DNA of 63,717 nucleotides, counting the filler, from Squatina squatina (lineage: Eukaryota): the NCBI GenBank assembly GCA_031763465.1. It is 3 parts of 3 records of this genome, joined end to end, with 100 filler letters (N's around TTAATTAATTAA, not from the genome) between each part and the next. Parts side by side here need not be neighbours in the genome. Positions count along the whole stretch, not along the records: positions 47,375 to 63,717 come from JARFOE010000004.1; 2 more parts are not named here. One strand, written 5' to 3'. The notes under the pieces were generated by a model. It was not told the origin of the DNA. It saw only the letters and a list, made by a program, of their open reading frames with translations, and did not search any database. Numbering within the stretch: position 1 is the stretch's first letter; every line of letters starts with the position of its first letter. The translations under genes and the position numbers were made by a program. Below, one piece after another: positions 47,375 through 59,605 of the stretch.

Positions 47375-50300
47375 CTGATATTCAGGTCCATTGCAGTCAG
47401 TGGAACTCAATATCAGGTGCTACGTACAGTAAGCGGCCGATCCCATACCGCCTGTCTTGCGGCACTGCTGGAGAAGGATTTCTACCCTGGGTGCTCAAAC
47501 AGTACTGAGCTCATCCCATCAACTGAAACTTAACTTCCCAGGATGCTTATATGATGTATAGATGGCAGGCAGCTTATCTGTGTTAGCACATAAACTGCAG
47601 GTCAGACTCTCGTCAACAGAGACACTTAAGCAAGGCCTTGAAATGTGGCAATTCAGGTAAGAATTACTTAAAAGGATCAGCATTGCAACATACACAACCA
47701 GCTGCCTGCATTTACTTTGCTGCAACAGGTGGCCTTAAACTGGCAGCGAATCCAAGATCCAAGATTTGTTGTGGGGCCATGCTGCTCGCACTTCCCTGGA
47801 AGTTTGGCTGCTTGTTCGAGCCAAGGCCAGGACTGCAAACCTGAAGCCTGCTCTGCTCTTGCGTTGAAGTCATGCCTCTCCACAAATGGGGAAAAATGAG
47901 ATCAGACGGGAAATGCAAAAAGTGCGAGAGATTTCCAGTCCCTGAGGGAGCTGAAACCACGACTGATCACATTTGCATAACAGATGATTCTAACACCTTT
48001 AAATGTTTCATTATGTGTGTAATGGGCTGCTGAAAAGCCGTGAATGAATAACTATTCAATGTAACTGTGCTTTTTTTTGAGAATATTTCTCTCCACTCCT
48101 ACCTAATTTATGTTATGGAGCCATCATCTCCTAATCACTGTCTTAAATTCTTGGACAGGAAATAAGGAACAGCAAGACCTCTCTCACCTCTAGCCTCTAA
48201 ATTCTTGCCACGAATAATTCTCATCTCTTTTATCAATACTNNNNNNNNNNNNNNNNNNNNNNNNNNNNNNNNNNNNNNNNNNNNNNNNNNNNNNNNNNNN
48301 NNNNNNNNNNNNNNNNNNNNNNNNNNNNNNNNNNNNNNNNGGGTTAATAAATCATCCAATGGACCTGTTGTGAGTAGGCAGTGATATTTAGTTATTCTAG
48401 TGTTCAGCAGCTACAGAGTTAACCCTGACTTAACTCGAATTGAGCAAAGCAGCTGTGGTGCAGCTGCATATAGTGTAACTGATCACTTCTATCCATTTAA
48501 TGGTAAATTTGTCATATCCTACATTTTAAGCTTTTAAGAATTCCAAGTATGTTTTGCCCACATGTAATTCCCTCTCTTATTAACACCGTGGGGGTTACTT
48601 TTACTGCTATCTGCTTCTGGCCCTCTGGCCGCACAAGTCCAAGTTTCAGGTGTTTACTGGCCATGAATTTCCAACCCAAGCTCAGGCAAGGCTTCCCGCT
48701 GGCAACGGGGACTTGTAAAATCGCTCCCTCCCCCCTACATACTGTTGATACCTATAGCCTGGGTCTCCTTCTACTACACATGCTGTTCTCAGACCAATTT
48801 TTTGAAGGCGATATGGGGACGAGAGACCTCGGAAATACAGTTGGATCCTGAGGTCACTCTCTGGATAGGGAAACCAGTGCTCCTCAAATGCACACATACA
48901 TGCACGCAGAAGGCTCTGATCACCAATAACTGAATTCTGGCCAAGGTTTAATATTATCAGAGAGCAAAGGGAATTTCTGGCTCTTTATTGGGCATAAAAA
49001 TTAAAAATAAAGTTAAAAAATGCCGCAAAGTGGTCCGTGTGGGGCCTTGTTAAATTTTGTTTAGCTGCCGCCACTGTGAAGCTGAAGTGGTGTAAGACTA
49101 TCTCCTCCAGGTGGTCTCATGCTTATCGCAAAATGCAATATCCCATCACTTCACTGATTTCAACTTCAAATTATCCAATACTTTTTGGATGGACATTGTA
49201 TCAACAAATTTTTTTGGGTGGGGTAAAGCTAGGCTAAATATGTCTGCTGCACAGTGACTATTAGAGCGGCATTTTAACCTTATAAAACGGGTGAGTTTGG
49301 ACTGTGCAGGTAATTNNNNNNNNNNNNNNNNNNNNNNNNNNNNNNNNNNNNNNNNNNNNNNNNNNNNNNNNNNNNNNNNNNNNNNNNNNNNNNNNNNNNN
49401 NNNNNNNNNNNNNNNGGTAGGTCAAAGAGGAAGAGGTAGGGATCGTGATGGCAGTGAGGGTGTGTTAGGAAGGGAGGTAAGACACCATGGGAGCATGGTG
49501 GAGGGGGAAAGTATGAGTGATTGAGGAAGGAGATGGGAAGTGAGTCTCTAAGGGCTACATTTCCTCTGAACCTCCCCACCCCACCCCCAACCCCCACCTC
49601 ACCCCCAACCCCCACCTCACCCCAACCATACCAACTGGAAAGAATTAAAAAATGACAGCGAAGGAAAAAGAAGAGTTGGCTTGGGGAAGAAAAAGGAAAA
49701 AAGAGGAAGAGGGAGAGAGAGAACCAACATGAAGACAGCAGAGGGAGGTAACGGAGAGATTCTGGCCCTGAATTTCAGTGGGGTGGTCCCAATCTCCAAC
49801 TGTAACAAATGAAGGATCAGCAGCACTTGCTGTCTAAACATCAGATGATGGAATAGTTTGAGCTATCTCAGTAGAAAGCTCATTGTCTACTGTGGAGGTG
49901 GGGGAATATCTTCCACGGTTTCAAAATGAAAAGATTCTGCCAGTAACAATTCCTTCAGTTGTTTTTCTGGCTTAGTGGCTAACATTGCAGGTATACTTCA
50001 CATCATTGAATCTTTCACAAGATTACATTCAGCCACTAACTAACCTCCTCCCAGGCCTCCCTCCTGGTTCTGGGACTGGGTGAATTCACCCTGTAACAAA
50101 GATACTCAATTGCCATTTCTTGCAATCTTGAACAATGGGCTTGCCAGTGAGATATATTGCTGGTTATTAACAAGTTCAATATTATGGCTTTGCATGGCTT
50201 ATGAGAGGTTTTCAAAGGTATTTATTGAAAGATCTAAGTGTACCTGTCCCAAATGTTGCTTCTTGTTGGCACTAGTGGCCTCTTGTGGGTGCCAACCTTA

Positions 50301-51364
50301 CCAGGTCACAGATCTTTGGGATCATGCTAAGAAGGGGCAAACGGTGCTTTGGTTTTAAAAAAAATTTCTTCAATCAAAACATTCAAAGGGCTTCTCAAAC
50401 CGATGTGCCAGACCCAGGATTAAGGTGTGACGTGGATTGGTGGCAAAAAGTAGAAATGATTTCAGGGAGGGAGGGCTCCAGCCTACACTAACCAGTCACT
50501 GAGTACTCTGGAGGGGATTCAACCTTACAACAGGCATGCCTCCCTCACGGTCTGTCACATAAGCACCTGGATTAAGCAGTTGGTGATGAGTAAATGCAGT
50601 ATGCAAGATTGAATTTAAACATTTGAAACATCAAGGTGGCTGGCACAATCTGAACTGGCCTATGTAGATCCTCCCACCTTGCTGAAAGTAGGTGCCCATC
50701 CCATAGCTGTCGAGCAATCTTTAAGACTTGGGGTGATAGATGTTGAAAAGAACTCCCTTACCTGACTGCCTAGAGCATGCTCACATATCAAGAGTTTTCT
50801 ACCTATCATCATTGGCTTGCATTGAGGCAAATAGTCTCTGCTGAAGCTCCAGATCTCCAACAGGTAGAACCATTGTTCAATGGGATTTGATCTGTGTCCA
50901 TGCTGTTTTCAGGATGCGGCAGGTAATGCCCTCACATATTTTATAATGACGTATCTCCTGATACATGCTGTCTGTCTAGAGAGAGCTCAAGCCGATGTTG
51001 ATTATTTTCCATTAATCACTTAGTAACTATCCTCTTTGGAAGGAAGTTAAGTGGGGTCTTCTGGGAATTAAGATTGCTCCAAGATAACACACCTGGTGAT
51101 GTAAATTTGGAACCAGCTTTCCAGTACCCCAGGGCACTGTGGACCAGCCAGCCTGGCTCACCAATAGAATCTGGAGGAGCAGCATAAGTCACTTAGGGTT
51201 TGGAAATCTTCCCACTTGGCTCCTGATATCCCTGCAAGCCAATGGCCTAATGAGCAGGCTGGTCTTTGATGGACAAGCAGTAGGAAATTTACTGGTGTTC
51301 TGTGCTGATACACCACATAGTGGTTTAAATTGCAGCATTGATCCTGAAAATACTCAAGAGTCTC

Positions 51365-51669
51365 TAACCAACAGCAATTATATCTTATGTTTACATAATG
51401 CCTTTAACATAGAAAATATCCCAAGGCGCTTCACAGGAAGGAGAAAAACAGATAAAGATAAGTAAAGGAAACAGATGCTGAGCTACACGAGAGCGATTAG
51501 GAGAGGTGACTGAAAGCTTGGTCGAAATGTGGGTTTTGAGTTAGAAAGGTTTAGTGTGAGAGTTTCAGAGAGTAAGACAGAGGCAGCTGAAGGCTCTGCC
51601 ACCAATGCTGAGACATAAAGAGGGTAGGATGCACAAAATACAAAAGAGGAAGAAGGCTGAGAGATGCAG
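51365..51669 (-). mobile_element. L2-type LINE 3' end, degenerate
   Basis: Shared tail ATGCCTTTAACATAGAAAATATCCCAAGGCGCTTCACAGG...AAAGCTTGGTC. Confidence 0.6.
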
Positions 51670-51911
51670 NNNNNNNNNNNNNNNNNNNNNNNNNNNNNNN
51701 NNNNNNNNNNNNNNNNNNNNNNNNNNNNNNNNNNNNNNNNNNNNNNNNNNNNNNNNNNNNNNNNNNNNNCACCCTCAAACACACCGCACTGCTGCAAGCC
51801 TCACACCCACATCTCCCAGTTTGAACACACTGCCAGCTATTCAATCGTGACAGGCGCATTATGCAAATACATAGGACCACACTCACTGAAACACTTCCCT
51901 CGCTCTTGTAG

Positions 51912-52712
51912 GACAAGTTGGCACATAACAGGAGGGAGCACGAGCTAACCGGCTGGAGAGAGGCATCACCTTAACCTGAAAGAGGAGAAGCTGTTCACCA
52001 TTATTGGAGCGGTCATCGTTGTCCCCACGGCCAATGGTGGGGCTGAAACCATCGATGATTGTGGTATCCTCACTCCTAACCTTCCTTCTTGCATCCCACT
52101 CCACTACACAATGTCAGATGGTGTAAGCATGCGCCTTTTATTTTCTCCCTTTCCCGCACCGCAACCGTAGCCTTGTGCCTTTCTCCTTTCAGATACCCAG
52201 GGACTACAGTCTGGCCAGGCAGTGGTGGCAGAGCAATAAGTGGAAGAGGAAGAAGGCAATGACGATGAAGACACAGCATTGTCACTCGATTTCACACTCG
52301 CACTCACCAGCTCAGATACTAATGCTGCGTGTCCTTTAGAGGGTAGCTTAGACATGGAATCTACACGTGAGGAGACTCCGGATACAAGTGGCCTCCAGCA
52401 AGTGGAGCGGACAAGGGTAGCGCAGGTGCCATTTCCCCAGAGGGTGAGGTCGCACATGAGTTCTGTTGCAAAGCACTTTGATGGGGCAGGCTACAGAAGA
52501 AGGCTGATGGGTATGCACAATGAACTGCTTGGTGCATTGGCAGACCTACCAGAAAGCCTGTGTGCAATGTCAAAAAGCATGGAGGAGTCTGGCACTAACC
52601 TTGCACAGGGCTTTGCACAGAGCTTGGAGCCCATCCTTTCCAGCATGGACATGATGGCAACTCCATTAGCACACTTGTGGACCCAACCATTTTGCAGCAG
52701 CTGATGGCCGAT
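51912..52712 (+). pseudogene. Decayed spliced ORF, probably the Myb/SANT-like accessory gene of a Harbinger transposon
   Basis: Exon 51912-52063 (DKLAHNRREHELTG...[frameshift]...LKEEKLFTIIG), GT-AG intron 52064-52192, then an acidic/helical exon with an in-frame TAA at 52237-52239. KLAHNRRE..TG...EE...IIG resembles the post-SANT region of NAIF1/MSANTD-like Harbinger proteins. Confidence 0.55.
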
Positions 52713-52812
52713 NNNNNNNNNNNNNNNNNNNNNNNNNNNNNNNNNNNNNNNNNNNNNNNNNNNNNNNNNNNNNNNNNNNNNNNNNNNNNNNNNNNNNNNN
52801 NNNNNNNNNNNN

Positions 52813-53645
52813 CACATGTATGTTGCTGACACCCAGCTCTACCTCTCCACCACCTTTCTTGATCTCTCCACTGATTCTGTATTGTCAGGCTGGTTGTCCA
52901 ACATCTAATCCTGGTTGAGCTCCAATTAGTCCAGTTAAACACTTGGAAGATCGAAGCCATCGTCTTTGACCCATACCACAAACTTCGATCCCTCATTACT
53001 GATTCCATCCTCCTCCCATGATCTTGGGTTGAACCAGAATGTTTGCAACCTCCGTGTCTTACTTGACACTGAGATGAGCCACATCCTCTCTCTCAAAGAC
53101 TACCTACTTCCACCTCCTGTAACATCACCCATCTCCACCCCTCCCTCAGCACAACTACTGCTGAAACTTTGGCACTTCCAGACTCGACTATTTGATGTCC
53201 CATTCACCCATCACCCCATGCTCGCTTGAACCTATATTGGCTTTGAATCTACCAATGGTTTCATTTTAATCTCATCCTTCGAATCCCTCCATGGACTTGC
53301 CCCTCTCAATCTCTAACCTCTTTTCAGCCCTACAGTACCCCCAAAGAATTCTGCGGTCCTCCAAGTCTGGCCTCTTGCGCACACCGCACTCCTTTTAACC
53401 CACCATTGGTAGCTGTGCCTTTAGCCACCTAGGCACTAAGCTCTGGAATTCCCTCCCATAACCTCTCCACCTCGCTACCTCTCGCTTCTTTAAGATGTTC
53501 CTTAAAGCCTACCTCTCGGACCATCTATCCTAATACATCCTTATGTGGCTTGGTGTCAAATTTTGTTTTGACAACACTCCTGTGAAGTGCCTTGGGTTGT
53601 TTTACTATGTTAAAAGCGCTATATAAATGCAAGTCGTTGTTATAA
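52813..53645 (+). mobile_element. L2-type LINE RT and 3' end, degenerate
   Basis: HMYVADTQLYLST...QLNTWKIEAIVF...VCNLRVLLD...IGSCAFSHLGTKLWNSLP; tail GCGCTATATAAATGCAAGTCGTTGTT. Confidence 0.8.
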
Positions 53646-53893
53646 TGTCTGCCCTATGTGACATCATTAAAATAACACGAAGTATAAATCAAACACCTTA
53701 GTTCCACAATATTGATACGCTATTCTAACTGGCATTTTTTGGAGTGGGGATGTTTCTCTTTTTTGGTATTCTCATGACTAAACCAATGTCTAATTTCAAT
53801 TATATTTTCATGGATTTTTACTTAGATTTTATATTTCTAGTACATCAGTTTTGACAAGTGAAGATTAATTGCATTTTCCTCTTTTTGTAACAG

Positions 53894-54098
53894 TGAGAAA
53901 GCCACGTTTTGATGTATCCTTAGTATGTCTAACTCAACAATTTATGGAACTTGTGAAGCAGGCTCCTGATGGTGTTCTTGACATGAATGATGTAGCAAGG
54001 ATGCTTGGGGTACGAAAGAGAAGGGTTTATGATATCACCAACGTACTGGATGGAATTCATCTTATGAGAAAAAAATCCAAAAACTTAATTGAATGGAT
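53894..54098 (+). CDS. E2F6: E2F6 DNA-binding-domain exon
   Basis: gtaacag acceptor, AT|GTAAGT donor; (V)[73 protein letters not shown] and [13 protein letters not shown] are E2F6-type; 205 nt, phase 1-2. Confidence 0.9.
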
Positions 54099-54359
54099 GT
54101 AAGTTACTATTATACATTGCTTGGTTTATTTAATAAAAATCAACGGTATTAATTGGATATACCTCTACTTCAGTTTATGTCCATTGAAAAGGTGGGCACT
54201 AAAGCACATGATATGTGATGCTTTCCTGATTTTTTTTTTCCTGAAATACCCTTGACTGGAAGTTGACATTCCTTTTACTTTGACATGAATGCAGCTACAA
54301 GTAGAAACACATTATTATTCAATGAAACCATTTGTAAACATTTTATTTGTTCTGAGTCC

Positions 54360-54585
54360 AGAACATAAAAATTAGGAGCAGGAGTAGGCCACACAGTCCC
54401 TCGAGCCTACCTCGTCATTCAGTAAGATCATGGCTGATCATTGATCTTTGACCTCAACTCCACTTTCTTGCCCTGTTTCCATATCCCTTGATTTCCCCTA
54501 GAGTCCAAAAATCTATCTCACTCTTGAATATACTCAATGACTGAGGTAGAGAATTCCAAAGATTCACAAATCTCTGAGTGAAGAA
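54360..54585 (-). mobile_element. CR1 LINE 3' terminus
   Basis: AGAACATAAAAATTAGGAGCAGGAGTAGGCCA...GGTAGAGAATTCCAAAGATTCAC...GAGTGAAGAA. Confidence 0.8.
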
Positions 54586-54685
54586 NNNNNNNNNNNNNNN
54601 NNNNNNNNNNNNNNNNNNNNNNNNNNNNNNNNNNNNNNNNNNNNNNNNNNNNNNNNNNNNNNNNNNNNNNNNNNNNNNNNNNNNN

Positions 54686-55060
54686 AGAATGCGGGCCCTG
54701 TGCCCATTCTTGGGAAGAATGGGGGCCCTGTGCCCATTTTTGGGAAGAATGCGGGCCCTGTGCCCATTTTTGGGAAGAATGCGGGCCCTGTGCCCATTCT
54801 TGGGAAGAATGGGGACCCCGTGCCCATTTCTGGGAAGAATGGGGGCCCCGTGCCCATTTTTGGGGTGGATGGGGGCCCTGTGCCCATTTGGGGTGTGGTA
54901 GCCCTGTGCCCATTTTGAGGGTGGCGGGGCTCTGTGACCATTTGGGGGGGCCCTGTGCCGATATTTGGGAAGAATGGGGGCGCTGTGCCCATTTCTGGGA
55001 AGATTGGGGGCCCTGTGCCCATTTTTGGGCCGAATGGCGTCACTGTGCCCATTTTAGGGA
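54686..55060. repeat. Minisatellite, about 30-bp unit, about 12 copies, decaying rightwards
   Basis: Consensus GAATGGGGGCCCTGTGCCCATTTTTGGGAA; generates the spurious MGTGPAFFPK and GPVPIFGKN ORFs. Confidence 0.92.
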
Positions 55061-55914
55061 GCACACTAATTTCTAGGCCGGGTTGTTTTGGGTGGAGACC
55101 CCTGATCAGAATTGTCTCCATACTATTTTTGAACTTGACCGAGGACAGGAAAGAAGATGTCCGCAGGTGCTACCATGGAGACTGGGCCAAAGATGCTGGA
55201 GAGAGAAGTCGAGAAAATGTATATGAAAACACAATAGAGTAGGTGGATTGCATGGAGAGATGGGAGCAGTTATTAGAGAAACATTGAATTTCACAGAGAT
55301 ATCACATATCGTAAGTTGACATGACAAAGAAAGAGTGAAATTCCTGTCCCTGTGAAAAAAGGTTTTGGCAAATTGACAGGCACAAGCAAAAAGTGAAAAA
55401 TACAACATTGCTAGTTAACAGAACAAAATAAATAAGCTAAATTGTGCTGAAGAGAGGATCAGAATTTCTTCAAGCTAGACAGAGAAATGGCAGTGAATCA
55501 AACAGTTGAGATAAATAATAAACGTGCAAATACTGGTTCAAATCCTAGTCTGTAAGGTGTTAACTGATCTCAGCTGAGGGAGCAATATAAGCACTACATT
55601 TGGCCTCAGAATCCCTGGTTGAGGAATGGGACAATTAGTAATTGATTCTTGTGGCACAGTGCACGTCAGGTGAAGACAGCATTGGGCTTGGCTATGATGG
55701 CTCAAGTACTGACTGTACTGACACTCACTATCGAGGCTGTGCATGATTAATGGGTGAGGTACTGGAGGGCACTCAGTGCCCGTGGAAACTGTATTCCAGC
55801 AACAGTCAGCACCTTCAAGATAGGAGGGAGAAAATAGGGGGGAAAAAAGTTGGTGGCAGTTTTGCCTTTCATGCTTTTGACATATTTGAAGTGCCTTTAA
55901 GTGTTGTCAGATGT

Positions 55915-56345
55915 CTCAGACATTCCAGCATATCAAAGCTGCACACAGCTGTTTTGCTTAAAATGCAGCTAAGTGTTTCTGTTTTAATGAAACAAGGGAG
56001 CAGTAACAGAAAACTCATTTGAATTATAATGCCATGGTTTGCTTTCACAGGCTCTGGGGAGTAATAGATGGCACTTATGTTGATATGTGCATCTCCACAG
56101 AACCCATTTCTATTCAGTAATTAGAAAGGATTGCCATTTCTGAACGTGCTGGGAATCTGTGATGCACACAATAACATCTCGTTCATATTTGCAAATGACC
56201 TAGGATCTTGACATGACATACACGTTCCAGCACAATTGTCATTTTCCATGATTTTTCTGACAGAAAATGCAATTCAAATGACACTTACATATTACAATGC
56301 CAAAATTTATAATTATTTGACATGGTACGGCTATTACCTCCTTGT
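55915..56345 (+). pseudogene. Harbinger/HARBI1-type DDE transposase remnant
   Basis: FHRLWGVIDGTYV...[frameshift]FSN*KGLPFLNVLGICDAHNNISFIFANDLGS*HD matches FP...GAIDxTH...NRKG..S.NVQ.VCD...PGS.HD. Confidence 0.75.
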
Positions 56346-57014
56346 CAAATCATTGCAAGAGCTGGAGACTGGAGTTAAATACTGAATAGATGTAGAGTAT
56401 AGTAACTAGAATTTGTAGTCGCAGTTATAAGAAGGAATGGCCAGGTAGGTTTCTGTAACCTTGAAAAAGCTCATGTGCTACTCTTCCTCTATCTGACACG
56501 AACAGTTACCATCAGTGAAGGACAAGAAGTTTCATTAGTTTTGGATGACATTATGTGCAAATTTTAATAATTAAAAAATGTCTTATTGCCATGAGTAGTC
56601 ACTATTGCTATTCTTTACTATCCCACATTATATCCTGGAACGTCAGACCCAAAACGGCACCTAAGCTTCCAATATGGTGGGCGCTCAGTATGCAGTAGAA
56701 ATGCTGCACCTGCCATATTGGTGAAGGCAGAAAAAGTTGCATTCAGGGCCTATGTCGGAAACAGATGTTAGATCCTTTGTATATTAAAATAGAGGGCTTA
56801 ACCCTTGATTGTGATTCTCTTTGTGAAATTGGACTGCCCTGAACGAAATGTGTTCTATATGCAGCCGACCCAGCTATTCTGAAAGGGACTGCTGCAGGCC
56901 GCTACCAAAAAGGTAAGTTTTTAAAAAAACTTACCTGAATGTGCAGCGGGTAGGTGCAGTAGAATACTGCTCCTGGCTTCACTGCAGTGCTGAAGCTTGT
57001 CTCCATTTGGCTAA

Positions 57015-57310
57015 ATCCTGATCATCCTCCTCCCTCTCCCAATTTCGGCCCCCCTCCCTCTCCAACTTAATGTCCCCCTCACCCTGATAGTTACTTCCTC
57101 CCTCTCCCGATCCCTTTCCCACCCCCTCTCCTGATCAATCCCCTTTCCCAATTGCTGCTCCCTCCCTCATGATCACTTCCTCCCTCTCCAAATCGCCCCT
57201 CTCTCCTGATCACTCCTCCCTCTCCAAATCATACCCCCCTCCTGATCACTCCTCCCTCTCCAAATCACCCCTCCCGATCCCACCTCCCGCTCCAAATCGC
57301 TCCGCTATCC
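57015..57310. repeat. Pyrimidine-rich tandem repeat (about 36-bp unit)
   Basis: CCTGATCACTCCTCCCTCTCCAAATC recurs at 57205 and 57241, with degenerate copies on either side. Confidence 0.75.
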
Positions 57311-59374
57311 NNNNNNNNNNNNNNNNNNNNNNNNNNNNNNNNNNNNNNNNNNNNNNNNNNNNNNNNNNNNNNNNNNNNNNNNNNNNNNNNNNNNNNNNNN
57401 NNNNNNNNNNGCTTTGGCCAAGACTTTGGCCACCTTCCCAATTCTTGCTTAATGCCTGCTACCTCAGCATCTTTTGTGAAGTGCCCCAGGCGATTGCTCC
57501 ATCTTAAAAGGAGGCAATACATAAGTGTCAGTTGTTGTTATACTATGACTCCAGGTTGCAATGCCTCGATTTTCTAACATGTTGATTTGAGTTACAGTTT
57601 GGGAATAGGCGCCACTTTTTTTCCAGTACTGTTCTTCAGTTGTTTGAATTAAGTTTGTGAATAGCAAAGATGATATGCTAATAAATAAACTGAAAGTGGG
57701 CCCCTGGACCTGATGGTATATAGCATTAAAAAATTGTTATAATACAAGGCTCTTTTTCTAATTACAGAATGTAGGAACGTTCAGTACCCTGGTACTATCC
57801 CTATGAAGACTGGTATCAGTAACAATATACTTTTTCTGCTTATTTTTATCAAACATAGTTTCAATGCTGCATTCTTTGATTGTTTTATTTGTTCCAATTT
57901 TACCGTGCCTCCCAAGTATACATTGATACCTTGCAAAATACTGAAATAGTTGAAGCTTTCTAAAATAAGAAAAAAATACTATTGTGCTAAGTATTGAACA
58001 TCCTTTTTTGAGAACCTCTATTCTTCTTCTGCTGTAAATGAACAACTTTATCTACATCACGTAACAGCCTTCAGCCAGTCTTTTTTTTTTAAAAAAAGAG
58101 CTACAAAGCTGCACAATGAACTGATTTACTGATCTGTCGCTGCATGTTCCTGCCAAACTTTTCAGTGTCTGGCAACTTCATTCTNNNNNNNNNNNNNNNN
58201 NNNNNNNNNNNNNNNNNNNNNNNNNNNNNNNNNNNNNNNNNNNNNNNNNNNNNNNNNNNNNNNNNNNNNNNNNNNNNNNNNNNNTGTTTCAAGCCAACTC
58301 CAGCAGTAGAATTTGGTTCACATTTCCACTCAATGGGCAGCTGTTCACGAGTAAATCGCGAAGAAGATACATTCATGAAAACTGACCTTATGGAAACAGT
58401 GCCGCGACTGTATTCAGACAGCTGCCTGCCAGCCTGTTGTTGACCAGTGACAGCTGGTCCAGTCAGCCACACCTTAGAAAAAATGAGATGAAATGACATT
58501 CTTAGCTCATGTCTAAGTGTGTTAAAATGGGATGAATACTTTGCATTGTGGATAAAATAGCTTGTACAGTTCTTTAGAGACTACTTTTACAGTTAATGGC
58601 TTTGTAATTGGAGACCATGATGTCTGAAAATGTTCAAACGTTCCATCTGCTAATCAGTTCTTCGTATATACAGGACAAACCAGAAGTTCTGTAATGAGCA
58701 ACTATTCTTTTTTTAGCATGGCATTTTTGTATTGTTAATGAGTTTGCTCGCAATTTTATTTTCCCTCACTCTTCCATCAGCGATTTAAAATATGTGGCCA
58801 TTCAAGTGCCTTACAAGGCAGAAGTTTTTTTTAAAAAATCACCATCTAAACGTTATATAAATATGCACTACTCATTTTATCTACCGTACATTTAGTTGAT
58901 ACCATTCTTGGGACCAGTAATGTAATATTATCAACTGAAAAGACATTAATGCTGCAATGACCAGATTTCCCTTTTCATCAATAGCTTGGTCGATGGAGTT
59001 ATTTTCCACTATCTACTGGTCTGCACCTGGTAGGAATGCAATGAAGATGCCCAGGGAGGCTGGAAATGAAAGTAATAGGGCAAATGAACTCTTTTTTTAG
59101 AAACACTGGCAAGGTGTATGATTGTGCTGTTGCACTATGTATCATTTAAACTGCAAATCTGACCTATAGATGTGTCTTACAGAGAAGTTTTGAAGTTACT
59201 CAGTGGTGGAATTCATCATAAGCTAATTGTGCATTAATGTTTAGTAATTTTATAGCTGAGTAAAGTATTAAGTGGTTGCTGATTTTTTTTGCCTACCATT
59301 CTAAAATTGCTTCCAAGACTAAATCAGTTTAAACCTGACAATGCTCTTATTGCTTGTCAACAATGCCTTAGAAT

Positions 59375-59605
59375 TACATAGAATTCTACAGCACAGAAAC
59401 AAGCTATTGGCCCAACAGGCCGAGGACAGTATTTTTGCTCCACATGAGCCTCTTTCCACCTTACTTCATCTCACCCTATCAACATAATCTGTTCTCCCTC
59501 ATGTACATATTTAGTTTCTCCTTAAATGCATCTATGCTGTTTGCCTCAAACACTCCAGGTGGTAACGAGTTCCATATTGTCACCACTCTCTGAGTAAAGA
59601 AGTTA
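59375..59605 (-). mobile_element. CR1 LINE 3' end
   Basis: ACATAGAATTCTACAGCACAGAAACAAGCTATTGGCCC...GAGTTCCATATT.TCACCACTCTCTGAGTAAAGAAG. Confidence 0.7.

Noticed and set aside
55100-55170. LIRIVSILFLNLTEDRKEDVRR as the next E2F6 (dimerisation) exon
   Set aside because: Only faint similarity; no acceptor, and the upstream frame runs into the MITE/minisatellite.
54518-55242. Collagen/mucin-like ORFs (MGTGPAFFPK)n
   Set aside because: Open in several frames on both strands because of the 30-bp GC-rich unit; no splice or start context.
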